A stretch of 64,000 bases of DNA from Bacteroidales bacterium (GTDB lineage Bacteria; Bacteroidota; Bacteroidia; Bacteroidales; JAAYJT01): positions 44,807-108,806 of the forward strand of contig JAAYJT010000057.1 of NCBI GenBank assembly GCA_012522795.1, in the 5' to 3' direction. Shown here piece by piece: positions 1-8,814 of the stretch. How positions within the stretch are numbered: position 1 is the first letter of the stretch; every line of letters starts with the position of its first letter. A model generated the notes under the pieces. That model did not search any database, was not told the DNA's origin, and saw nothing but the letters and a program-made list of their open reading frames with translations. Position numbers and translations under genes: made by a program.

Positions 1-295
1 CGTTAATATTTCCTACAACATTATAAGTTTGTCTGGCTTGTTTTATCTTTCCAAGGTATTTACCACTATCCCAGTCATAAATATCCATCATTGAACCTTC
101 GGGCCATACAGCAGCTTCCCAGTGATATAACTCTCCGTACAGCTCATGCGAATCAGCCGAGTAGCTTATCATAGTTGAGCCGTCAGTTGAAGCGCCTTTG
201 GTAATAAGAAAATTAGTACATGCATGAATGCGTTTAGCTGAACCAAAAAACATTAGCAATACCAATAAATAAAATAGTAGATTTCTTTTTTTCAT
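1..295 (-). CDS. C69-family dipeptidase, N-terminal part (gene runs off the left edge of the window)
   Basis: The reverse strand from the ATG at 295 reads MKKRNLLFYLLVLLMFFGSAKRIHACTNFLITKGASTDGSTMISYSADSHELYGE... This is a signal peptide followed by the Cys-Thr-x-x-L/V...AS.DGS N-terminal nucleophile motif typical of peptidase C69. It is absent from the ORF track because it has no stop codon inside the window. Confidence 0.75.
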   Translation of the reverse strand, partial: MKKRNLLFYLLVLLMFFGSAKRIHACTNFLITKGASTDGSTMISYSADSHELYGELYHWEAAVWPEGSMMDIYDWDSGKYLGKIKQARQTYNVVGNIN

Positions 296-345
296 TTTCA
301 ATTAAGTTATTTTAGTATTAATGATTTGTTGTGATGATCCTATTA

Positions 346-2841
346 TTATGATTTTGGATCATTACTGCGTTTGAACAGACCTTTTAAGCTTATTTCTTTT
401 TCTTCTTCCTCATCTTCGGAGTAATATCCATAACCATAGCCATAACCGTAACCATAGCCGTAGCCGTAACCATAACCGTAGCCATAGCCATAACCATAAC
501 CATAGCCATATGAACCACGGGTAAGTTTCACATCATTGATCAAAACTCCTGAATTTGGAATATTCCGTTGTTCAACATCTTTCATTATGGCAGAAAACAC
601 TTTCTTGTTTGTATAATTCTGGCGACACACAAATATTGTAACATCCACCAAAGGCATAAGCAGGAAAGCATCAGTAACCAGTCCGATAGGTGGAGTATCA
701 ATAATTATATAATCATATTTCTCACGTAATTTTGCCAACATTGCCTTCGTATTATCCGAAGCTATCAATTCTGAAGGGTTAGGCGGAACAGGACCTCCCA
801 TCATCAAATCAAGATTTTCAATGGGCGATTCCTGAATAGCATCTTCAATTGTATCTTTATTTATTAAAACTGAGCTGATACCTTTAACATTCAATACTCC
901 AAAATCCTGGTACATTTTTGGCTTGCGAAGGTCAAACCCCATAAGTAAGACTTTCTTCCCGTATAAAGAATAGACTGTTGCAAGATTGGAGGATGCAAAA
1001 GTTTTACCTTCTGAAGGCATTGTTGAAGTGATCAGAATAACAAGCTTCTCCTTGCCTTTTGAAAAAAACTGAATATTGGTTCTGATTGATCGAAGCGACT
1101 CAGCTATCGAAGATTTAGGCGATTGTGCGACAATGATATTACTGGCATTCCTGCTATTAATGATATGTCCTATAATAGGAAGTTTGGTTATGTTTTCAAC
1201 ATCCTTGCGTTCAACTATTTTATCATTTAAATAATCCTTTACTGTAATATATACGATTGGAAGAATCAGACCAAGCAAAATTGCAATAACAAAATTCAGA
1301 TTCTTTTTAGGAAAAACTGTTTCATAAACACCCGGCAATGCTATATCGATCACCTCATTATCAGGCAGATTAGATGCTTTTGTAATAGCAGCTTCTGAAC
1401 GCTTTTGCATTAAAAAAGTGTAAATAGCATCGTTAAATTTAAATTTACGTTCATAACCAAAAAGCTGGCGCTGTGTAGCAGGAAGACGGTCTATTCTTTC
1501 AGCAAGCATTCTGATTTGATTGTTTTTATCATTTATAGCAATCTCGGAAGCACTGATAATATTTGTAATATTTTCAAGCATGTTGTTTTTTACGTTATTG
1601 ATCTTCATGTCAATAGCAACAACAAGCGGGTTTTTAGGAGTGGTTTTTATAAGAAGATCTGCCTTTTCAGAATGTAGTTTTACAAGTTCGCTGATAAGCT
1701 GAGTAATCATCGGATCATCAATACCCATTGACGAGGGAACAATAATTTCGTCAATATTGTCACGAGATTGTTCAATATATCTTTTCAAGTGGTTGTAATA
1801 TTTTGATTGTACAACCAAAGCAGCTCTTTCTGTTTCAAATTGTTTCATCTGATCAAATACCTGCTGAGCCTGAAAATCAATATTCATAACTGACGAAGCC
1901 GTTCTGAAGTCCTCCAGACTGGCTTCAGCAACACTCAGGGAATCAGCAATATCTCCAAGTTGAGCGTCAATAAAACCAATGGTACTACTGGCTATAAGAT
2001 TTTTCTTTTCAAGCGATCGCTCAAGATAGGTTTCAATCAATGTGTTCAGAAAATCTATTATTTTCTTTGAGTTGTTACCTTTAACTGAAATTTCTAAAAT
2101 ACTGGCATCTCTGTTAATAGCTTCAATTTCAATACTATTACTAAAAGATTTAGTTAAGTTATCTATCTTATTAAAAATGAAGATGTATTTTTTGTTTTTT
2201 ATTTCCGTGTCAAGCAAGTCTTCATTTAATATGATTTTAAATCTAAAGTTCTCGTCTTCAATATCTTGACCAAAAGTATATATTCCATTAATAAATACCC
2301 GGTCAGCTCCTTTAGGTATATTCTCATAAGTTGAAAAATTATACAGATCAATACTCTCACCTTCCGCTTCGAGCTTAAACTCATTGGTAGACAATACTGT
2401 AACCAGAAATTTAATATTTGCAGGTTGTAAATATTCAATTTCGGGGATTACAACAAAAGGGCTTTCATCGTATAATTCACGAGTAATAAAATTCTCTTCG
2501 ACAAAATAAGAAACTTTGAGATCTAATTTCTTAACTGTTTTGTTTGATAAAGTATAAGATTTCAAAATCCCTACTTCATTTTGAATATTCTGTGAACTAC
2601 TCATCATAGAAATACCCAGCAAAGCCTGCGGGTCCATTCTTGACTTATCATCCTTTATTAATACAGTGGATTTTACTTTATATACAGTAGGAGTATATTT
2701 ATTGAACAAAAATGCAATCAGCACAGCAATAAATACAGTGATAAGAAAAAAGTACCAGTAGCTATATACTTTGAAGAAAAGAACCTTATAGTCTATTTTT
2801 TCTTCTTGTGGCAGTTCGCCATATCTATTAAACTCGTTCAC
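346..2841 (-). CDS. Polysaccharide biosynthesis tyrosine autokinase (Wzc/BY-kinase: Wzz chain-length-determinant domain plus P-loop kinase domain)
   Basis: 831 aa. It has an N-terminal TM helix, a long coiled periplasmic region, a second TM helix, then Walker A (TSTMPSEGKT), Walker B-like (YIIIDTPP) and a C-terminal Tyr-rich tail. It lies directly downstream of a Wza-like gene. Confidence 0.9.
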   Translation of the reverse strand: MNEFNRYGELPQEEKIDYKVLFFKVYSYWYFFLITVFIAVLIAFLFNKYTPTVYKVKSTVLIKDDKSRMDPQALLGISMMSSSQNIQNEVGILKSYTLSNKTVKKLDLKVSYFVEENFITRELYDESPFVVIPEIEYLQPANIKFLVTVLSTNEFKLEAEGESIDLYNFSTYENIPKGADRVFINGIYTFGQDIEDENFRFKIILNEDLLDTEIKNKKYIFIFNKIDNLTKSFSNSIEIEAINRDASILEISVKGNNSKKIIDFLNTLIETYLERSLEKKNLIASSTIGFIDAQLGDIADSLSVAEASLEDFRTASSVMNIDFQAQQVFDQMKQFETERAALVVQSKYYNHLKRYIEQSRDNIDEIIVPSSMGIDDPMITQLISELVKLHSEKADLLIKTTPKNPLVVAIDMKINNVKNNMLENITNIISASEIAINDKNNQIRMLAERIDRLPATQRQLFGYERKFKFNDAIYTFLMQKRSEAAITKASNLPDNEVIDIALPGVYETVFPKKNLNFVIAILLGLILPIVYITVKDYLNDKIVERKDVENITKLPIIGHIINSRNASNIIVAQSPKSSIAESLRSIRTNIQFFSKGKEKLVILITSTMPSEGKTFASSNLATVYSLYGKKVLLMGFDLRKPKMYQDFGVLNVKGISSVLINKDTIEDAIQESPIENLDLMMGGPVPPNPSELIASDNTKAMLAKLREKYDYIIIDTPPIGLVTDAFLLMPLVDVTIFVCRQNYTNKKVFSAIMKDVEQRNIPNSGVLINDVKLTRGSYGYGYGYGYGYGYGYGYGYGYGYGYGYGYYSEDEEEEKEISLKGLFKRSNDPKS

Positions 2842-2854
2842 AATGATTTATATT

Positions 2855-3646
2855 TTATTTAAAAAAGTTCAGGATCAACAATGCAGTGGTAATGGTAGAA
2901 AAAACCACTGAATAAGGAAATGTTGTAAAAGCAAAGGTTTTTGCCTCCATTGGTATAACATAAAGAATATCATCGGGCATAAGAAAATAATATTCGGATT
3001 CAAGAATTTTCCTGCCGGAAATATCGAGTTTAATTACCTGAGATTCTCCTTTGGTGCTGCGTATAAGGTGAACATTACGTCTATCCCCCCATTGGGTAAG
3101 ATCGCCTGCCATTGCCAATGCTTCAAAAATATTTATCTGTGTATGATATACCGGATATTGTCCTGGTCTAGCTACTTCACCAAGCAGGGTTACTCTGAAG
3201 TTTACCAGTTTAACTATAACTGTGGCATCGCGCATATACTCACTAATAGCCTCCTGCAACAAAATTTTGATCTCATTAATAGTTTTATCTTTTACAAATA
3301 TGTTTCCTATAATTGAAAATTCAACATAACCTTTAGGGTCAACCGTATAGCTGCTAAGATAGGCACTCAAATCGTTGGTCTGATACTGACGGTATGCGCC
3401 TGAAGGTTGAAAACTGAAAAGATCTGCAGTTTGAGCATCAAGACCCAAAACCTGAATAAATAAATTATCGCCGGGCTGAATTTTATAATCCTGCCTAGGA
3501 TAATGCTCATAAACTGATTTGGGGAAATCATCAACCATGTATTTCAGCTTTTTTTGTGAAATACAAGACGAAAAAATCAAAACCAAAACCAGAGGCAACA
3601 AGACAGGTCTTGCTTTAAATTTTAAAACAGTATCGCTTAGTTTCAT
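2855..3646 (-). CDS. Polysaccharide export outer-membrane lipoprotein (Wza-like; Poly_export/SLBB)
   Basis: The pattern DYKIQPGDNLFIQV...VTLLGEVARPGQY matches polysaccharide export proteins. I prefer the internal ATG at 3646 (MKLSDTV...LIFSSC lipobox) to the ORF-track start at 3682. Confidence 0.85.
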   Translation of the reverse strand: MKLSDTVLKFKARPVLLPLVLVLIFSSCISQKKLKYMVDDFPKSVYEHYPRQDYKIQPGDNLFIQVLGLDAQTADLFSFQPSGAYRQYQTNDLSAYLSSYTVDPKGYVEFSIIGNIFVKDKTINEIKILLQEAISEYMRDATVIVKLVNFRVTLLGEVARPGQYPVYHTQINIFEALAMAGDLTQWGDRRNVHLIRSTKGESQVIKLDISGRKILESEYYFLMPDDILYVIPMEAKTFAFTTFPYSVVFSTITTALLILNFFK

Positions 3647-3710
3647 TATCTGAATTATAATCTTATACAAATGGGAGTGCAAAAGTAGTATTTTTAAGGA
3701 AACTATGAGC

Positions 3711-4754
3711 CTACATTACAACGAACAATTGACTGAAAACTGTCATAGCATATTCAATCATCACATCATTAATATCAAGATGAGTAACCATACGTATGCT
3801 GTCAGTACCAAACTGAGCAGCTAAGATGTCTTTTTCCCGCAGGGCATTTAATATTTGTGAAATCGTAAATCCGTCAGCTATGCTAAAAATGACAATATTT
3901 GTTTCGACCGGCACAACTTCCCGAACCCAGGTTTGTGTTGCAAGATTATCTGCTAAAAGTTTTGCTCTGCTGTGGTCTTCAACCAAACGGTCAATATGGT
4001 GATCAAGGGCATAAACACCTGCTGCTGCCAGATATCCGGCCTGCCGCATTCCTCCTCCAAATGCTCTTCTGAAACGCCTTGCCTTTTTAATGAATTCCTT
4101 TGAACCGGTAAGCATAGAGCCTACTGGTGCTCCAAGCCCTTTAGAAAGACAAATAGAAATTGAATCAAATAATTTTCCATAATCTTCGCAAGTTTGCTCT
4201 GTTACAGCCAAAGCATTAAATATACGTGCCCCGTCAAGATGATATTTTAATCCATTTTCTTTACAAACCTCACCAATAGCTTTTAATTCATTCCAGTCCC
4301 AAACTGCACCGCCTCCTTTATTTACAGTATTTTCAACTGAAACAAGACTTGTATGTGGATAATGTACATCATCAGGATTTATGTTTAATAAAACTTCTTT
4401 TGCAGTGAAACGTCCGTTATCGCCATTCAACAATCTGACTGAAGCCCCTGAATTTAAAGCTATTCCGCCACCTTCGTAATTATATATGTGAGAAAGACGA
4501 TCGCAAATAACCTCATCACCAGGTACAGTATGAACTTTAATAGATAATTGATTTGACATTATCCCTGATGTGCAGAAAAGAGCCGCCTCATGACCAAATA
4601 TATCTGCAGTTTTCTCTTCCAAAGCATTCATACTTGGGTCTTCACCCCAAACATCATCGCCAACACTTGCATTAAACATTGCCTCAAGCATGGCAGGAGT
4701 GGGTTTCGTAAGCGTATCACTACGAAGATCAACAGTTTGTATAATATTCATCAC
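3711..4754 (-). CDS. ltaE: Low-specificity L-threonine aldolase
   Basis: The N-terminus DLRSDTLTKPTPAMLEAM...GDDVWGEDPSMNALE and the overall PLP-fold length (347 aa) are characteristic of the GLY1/LtaE family. Confidence 0.85.
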   Translation of the reverse strand: MMNIIQTVDLRSDTLTKPTPAMLEAMFNASVGDDVWGEDPSMNALEEKTADIFGHEAALFCTSGIMSNQLSIKVHTVPGDEVICDRLSHIYNYEGGGIALNSGASVRLLNGDNGRFTAKEVLLNINPDDVHYPHTSLVSVENTVNKGGGAVWDWNELKAIGEVCKENGLKYHLDGARIFNALAVTEQTCEDYGKLFDSISICLSKGLGAPVGSMLTGSKEFIKKARRFRRAFGGGMRQAGYLAAAGVYALDHHIDRLVEDHSRAKLLADNLATQTWVREVVPVETNIVIFSIADGFTISQILNALREKDILAAQFGTDSIRMVTHLDINDVMIEYAMTVFSQLFVVM

Positions 4755-4782
4755 TTAAATATTTGAAGATTTTAAACTTCTG

Positions 4783-5973
4783 TTATTTATCTGTATTTTT
4801 TCTTTCTTCAAATGCCTTTCGCAACTGATTTAAAGCCCTGATCAGAACCTTACGCGGACAAGCCAGATTCATCCTCATAAATCCTTCGCCACCAGCACCA
4901 AAACTAACACCTTCATTCAATGCGAGGCCTGCCTTTTCAATAATAAAATCTTTCAATTCCTCATTTGATCCAAATCCGGCTTTTGAAAAATCGAGCCAGA
5001 GCAGATAAGTTGCTTCCAGTGGAGCCGGTTTTATCTCAGGCAAAAAACTTTCCAGAAAATCATAGGCATATCTGTAATTCTCTCGCACATAATCAAGTAA
5101 TTGATCCAGCCATTCATCACCATGGGTATAAGCAGTCTGAGCCGCCACTGAGCCGAATATATTTCCCGAGCCTACATGAACATTATCAAGGATTTTATCA
5201 TAACGCCTTTTTAATTCAGGGTTCGGACAAATTATTGCAGATGTAGAAAGTCCAGCCAGATTAAATGTTTTACTTGGCGCTACTGCTGTAATAGTGTTGT
5301 TTGCAATTTCTTCTGATAAAGAAGCTGTTATTATATGCTTAGTTGGAGGGAAAACCAGATCGCAATGTATTTCATCTGAAAGCAGTAGAATATTGTTTTT
5401 TACACAAATATTGGCAAGTTGCTCCAGCTCTTCTACTTTCCAGGCTCTTCCGACCGGATTATGCGGATTGCAAAGAATCAGCATGCGGGTATTACTATTT
5501 ATTTTTGATTCAAGATCCTTAAAATCAATAGAATATCTTCCTTTTTCATAAGCAAGCTGGTTTAGTACAAGTTTGCGGTTATGATTTTTAACAGCACTGA
5601 AAAACGGGAAATACACAGGTGGCTGAACAATAATTTCGTCACCAGGCTCAGTAAATTCCATTACTATCAGATTCAAAGCAGGTACCACACCCGGACTAAA
5701 TGAAACCCATTCTTTATCAATTTTCCAGCCATGCCTGCGGGCAAACCATCCTATAAGAGCCTCGTTGTACTTTTCAGTACGGAAAGAATAGCCATAGATC
5801 TCATGCGAAGCTCTTTCTTTAACAGCATTTACAATAAAATCAGGAGTTCGGAAATCCATATCGGCTACCCACATTGGCAATAAATTATCTTTCCCAAAAT
5901 ATTTTTGTAACAAATCGTATTTTACACTGGCAGTATTTTGCCGTGGAATGATTTCATCAAAATCGTAAATCAT
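4783..5973 (-). CDS. MalY/PatB-type PLP-dependent C-S lyase (cystathionine beta-lyase-like aminotransferase class I/II)
   Basis: 396 aa. The N-terminus DFDEIIPRQNTASVKYD...MWVADMDFRTP, together with LCNPHNPVGR and SKTFNLAGL (PLP lysine context), is typical of the MalY/PatB family. Confidence 0.8.
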   Translation of the reverse strand: MIYDFDEIIPRQNTASVKYDLLQKYFGKDNLLPMWVADMDFRTPDFIVNAVKERASHEIYGYSFRTEKYNEALIGWFARRHGWKIDKEWVSFSPGVVPALNLIVMEFTEPGDEIIVQPPVYFPFFSAVKNHNRKLVLNQLAYEKGRYSIDFKDLESKINSNTRMLILCNPHNPVGRAWKVEELEQLANICVKNNILLLSDEIHCDLVFPPTKHIITASLSEEIANNTITAVAPSKTFNLAGLSTSAIICPNPELKRRYDKILDNVHVGSGNIFGSVAAQTAYTHGDEWLDQLLDYVRENYRYAYDFLESFLPEIKPAPLEATYLLWLDFSKAGFGSNEELKDFIIEKAGLALNEGVSFGAGGEGFMRMNLACPRKVLIRALNQLRKAFEERKNTDK

Positions 5974-5991
5974 ACTTTATGAGTTTTATTC

Positions 5992-7161
5992 TTAAAAATT
6001 AGTTTTTAAAGGCTGTGCATATTTTTGAATATCGGCTGCTGAAATTGTGGTATCACAAAGTATAGCAAGGCGCTCAACCACATTCCTTAATTCACGCACA
6101 TTACCTGTCCAGTTGATTTTTTTCAGTTCTTCAAGTGCCAAAAGGTCAAATTTCATAAGTGGTTTGCCCATATTCTGACTTATTTCCTCAATAAAATGAT
6201 TGGCAATAAGTGGAATATCTTCTTCTCTTTCATTAAGTGCCGGCACATGAATAACAATTACTGCAAGCCTATGATATAGATCTTCGCGAAAATTGTTTTT
6301 CTCTATCTCTTTTAGAATATCTTTATTTGTAGCAGCAATAACTCTAACGTCAATGGATATATCTTTTTCTCCACCTACGCGCATAATCCTGTTTTCCTGC
6401 AAAGCACGTAAAACCTTAGCCTGTGCTGATAAACTCATATCTCCAATTTCATCCAAAAACAAAGTGCCTCCGTTAGCTTGCTCAAAATCGCCTTTGCGCT
6501 GCTTTATTGCTGATGTAAAAGAGCCTTTTTCATGACCAAACAAAACACTTTCAATCAGTTCAGAAGGAATTGCTGCACAATTCACTTCGATAAACGGACC
6601 TGACGAACGATTACTTAATTCATGAAGCCAGCGGGCTACAAGCTCTTTTCCTGTTCCGTTTGCACCGGTAATAAGCACTCTTGCATCAGTTGGAGCTACT
6701 CTGTTAATCATAGATTTAATATCCTGCATTACCTGCGATTCGCCTATCATATCATAAGCTTTGCTGACCTGGCGTTTCAGCGCTTTTGTTTCTGTAACAA
6801 GAGTTTGCCTTTCGCCAGCATTACGGATAGTAACCAGCAAGCGATTCAAATCCAGAGGTTTGGTGATGTAATCATAAGCACCCTTTTTTATCGCTTCTAC
6901 AACTGTTTCAACAGTACCATGACCGGAGATCATAACTACCGGAGCATCAGTAAGTATCATTAATTGCTCAAGCACTTCGATTCCATCCATTTTTGGCATT
7001 TTGATATCAAGTAAAATCACATCATAGCGATTTTCCTTAACTTTTTCAATTGCCTCCATTCCATCGGATGCCTCATCTACAATGAACTTCTCATATTCAA
7101 GTATTTCCCTTAATGTATTACGTATGCTTTTTTCGTCGTCAACAACAAGTATTTTGCTCAT
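5992..7161 (-). CDS. Sigma-54-dependent response regulator (REC + AAA+ activator domain, no C-terminal HTH)
   Basis: REC domain (ILVVDDE...DVILLDIKMP), Walker A GANGTGKE, a GAFTGA-position loop that reads GSFTSA, Walker B TLFLDEIGDM, and VRELRN. The protein ends about 20 aa after the AAA+ lid. The ORF-track start at 7170 is a TTG, so I prefer the ATG at 7161 (MSKILVVDD). Confidence 0.85.
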   Translation of the reverse strand: MSKILVVDDEKSIRNTLREILEYEKFIVDEASDGMEAIEKVKENRYDVILLDIKMPKMDGIEVLEQLMILTDAPVVMISGHGTVETVVEAIKKGAYDYITKPLDLNRLLVTIRNAGERQTLVTETKALKRQVSKAYDMIGESQVMQDIKSMINRVAPTDARVLITGANGTGKELVARWLHELSNRSSGPFIEVNCAAIPSELIESVLFGHEKGSFTSAIKQRKGDFEQANGGTLFLDEIGDMSLSAQAKVLRALQENRIMRVGGEKDISIDVRVIAATNKDILKEIEKNNFREDLYHRLAVIVIHVPALNEREEDIPLIANHFIEEISQNMGKPLMKFDLLALEELKKINWTGNVRELRNVVERLAILCDTTISAADIQKYAQPLKTNF

Positions 7162-7304
7162 AACAGTCAATCTTTAAGTCAGCAAAGATAAGAATTGTGT
7201 TTGGGTAAGAGGGATTTAAGTTTAAACATAACGAACCGTATCAAAAAATTAGTCTGTCAGCCATTACCTCAATCAATATTGTGCTATAGTTGCTTTTACA
7301 TATA

Positions 7305-7355
7305 ATACGAATTGTATTTACAAAATAGTCCAAGCTGTTTTGTAAATTACAATCG
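7305..7355. repeat. 51-bp repeat, copy A, identical to 48192..48242; contains an imperfect hairpin with a 15-bp stem and a 12-nt loop
   Basis: I compared ATACGAATTGTATTTACAAAATAGTCCAAGCTGTTTTGTAAATTACAATCG base by base at both loci and found no mismatch. The arms ATTGTATTTACAAAA (7311-7325) and TTTTGTAAATTACAAT (7338-7353) pair with one bulged T. Confidence 0.9.
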
Positions 7356-7715
7356 GTATAAAAGCAAACTCTGAGCCCTTCAGCATAGCTCTGAAAAGCT
7401 TCAAAGCTTTGAATTCCAATAAAATAAATTAGTCTAACTACCTAATTGAAAAGGAAATTATTTTTCGAGAGATTTATGAAGCTGAAAAAACAAATGATTT
7501 CCGGATCATTTCGTATCAGATATATGTGAAAGTACAAGGCTCGTTTTTACATAAAAATATGGTTCAAACCTAAATTCTTCCTCCTGATCTTTAAAGTAAT
7601 GAAATGAATATTTGGCTGACAGGAAATATCAACAGATTGATTATGCATAATTTAAGGTTTGAAAAAAATAGAAGCCGGGATTGACAAATAAGGCTAAAAA
7701 TTGTTAAAGAATTAT

Positions 7716-8801
7716 TTACGAATCCGATTGCGCTTTATCAAGCTTCATATTTTCAAGATAAATAAAGGTCAATACTGTTTGGCCAACTGCATTTAGTGTG
7801 TTTTTGTCAATTACGTCCATATTATCATTTACAGTATGCCAGTGTTCAAAAAAACCGGTATAGCTGTTTTCGCCGTAGTGAATAATATCAATTGTAGGAA
7901 TATTGGCAATTTCGTTGATATATGTATGATCATCTACAACAGCATTGGTTCGCTTGTATGAAAAATAAGAACCAAATCTTATCTGATGAGAAATATCCCA
8001 AACTTTTTTCATAATATCAGGAGCATAATACATTGAAGTTGCTTCCATTGTAAACACCGCATCCGAAGCTCCTACCATATCCAACAAAATCCCGAAACGT
8101 GCATTATAATTATTAATATGAGGATTTTTTGCCCAGTATTGAGCTCCCAAAGCCCAATAATCGCCAGTTCTTGCCTGAAGGCTCTGATGTTCACCATAGT
8201 CTTCAGCATCAAACAATATAATATCTATACCAATATTTATCGGATTCAAAGATATCTGACGGGCTATTTCCAGCAATACACCAACTCCGCTTGCACCATC
8301 GTTAGCACCGGGTATAGGGGTGAAATGATTTGCAGGATCAGGATCATGATCAGCAAAAGGACGTGTATCCCAGTGAGCACATAATAAGATTCTATCTTTT
8401 GTCTTGGTATTAAATGAGCCTATTATATTCTTGATATTCAATACAGTACCATCGTAAGCCCTGACTTTAGCTTCTTGTACATCAAGGTGAGTAGTATAAT
8501 TCCCTAAGCTTTGCATCAGATACCAGGCACATTGGGAATGAGCAGTGGTATTTGGAACTCTTGGACCAAATTCAACCTGCTTTTCAATAAAATAATAAGC
8601 TGAATCGGGGTTAAAAACTGGCGCTTCTGCTTTCATTATTTGCTCGGCAAGGCTTATCGTTTTCCCATCTGACTTCTGCTGACTGCCGTTACATGCAGTT
8701 ATAAACGATAGGACTGCCATAAAAATCCCCATAATTACAGGTTTAATATAATTCCGAACCATTTGCAGGAAGCTTTTTCTGTTTTCTTTCTTTTTAATCA
8801 T
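7716..8801 (-). CDS. M28-family metallopeptidase / glutaminyl-cyclase-like secreted lipoprotein
   Basis: The zinc-ligand contexts CAHWDTRPFADHD, GANDGASGVGVLLEIAR and ILFDAEDYG are typical of M28/QC-like enzymes. I prefer the internal ATG at 8801 (MIKKKENRK...FITACNG lipobox), which removes the overlap with the upstream ORF. Confidence 0.75.
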   Translation of the reverse strand: MIKKKENRKSFLQMVRNYIKPVIMGIFMAVLSFITACNGSQQKSDGKTISLAEQIMKAEAPVFNPDSAYYFIEKQVEFGPRVPNTTAHSQCAWYLMQSLGNYTTHLDVQEAKVRAYDGTVLNIKNIIGSFNTKTKDRILLCAHWDTRPFADHDPDPANHFTPIPGANDGASGVGVLLEIARQISLNPINIGIDIILFDAEDYGEHQSLQARTGDYWALGAQYWAKNPHINNYNARFGILLDMVGASDAVFTMEATSMYYAPDIMKKVWDISHQIRFGSYFSYKRTNAVVDDHTYINEIANIPTIDIIHYGENSYTGFFEHWHTVNDNMDVIDKNTLNAVGQTVLTFIYLENMKLDKAQSDS

Positions 8802-8814
8802 ATTTTCTAGTTGT

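Noticed and set aside
421-510. The hexanucleotide-like periodic DNA, considered as a microsatellite or CRISPR-like array
   Set aside because: It is in frame within the kinase ORF and encodes the (YG)n tail. The units are 6 bp with no spacers and use mixed codons, so it is not a CRISPR array or a non-coding satellite.
1520-2438. Short ORFs inside or antisense to the Wzc gene (1520..1702, 2042..2269, 2226..2438)
   Set aside because: They lie entirely within a well-supported 831-aa CDS and have low-complexity, Leu/Ile/Phe/Ser-rich translations typical of shadow frames in AT-rich DNA. The same reasoning applies to the many other 60-140-aa ORFs nested in large genes across the window, for example 6293..6963, 11537..11950, 13131..13448, 18129..18918, 26777..27148, 29952..30752, 32770..34258, 45232..45564 and 51610..52720.
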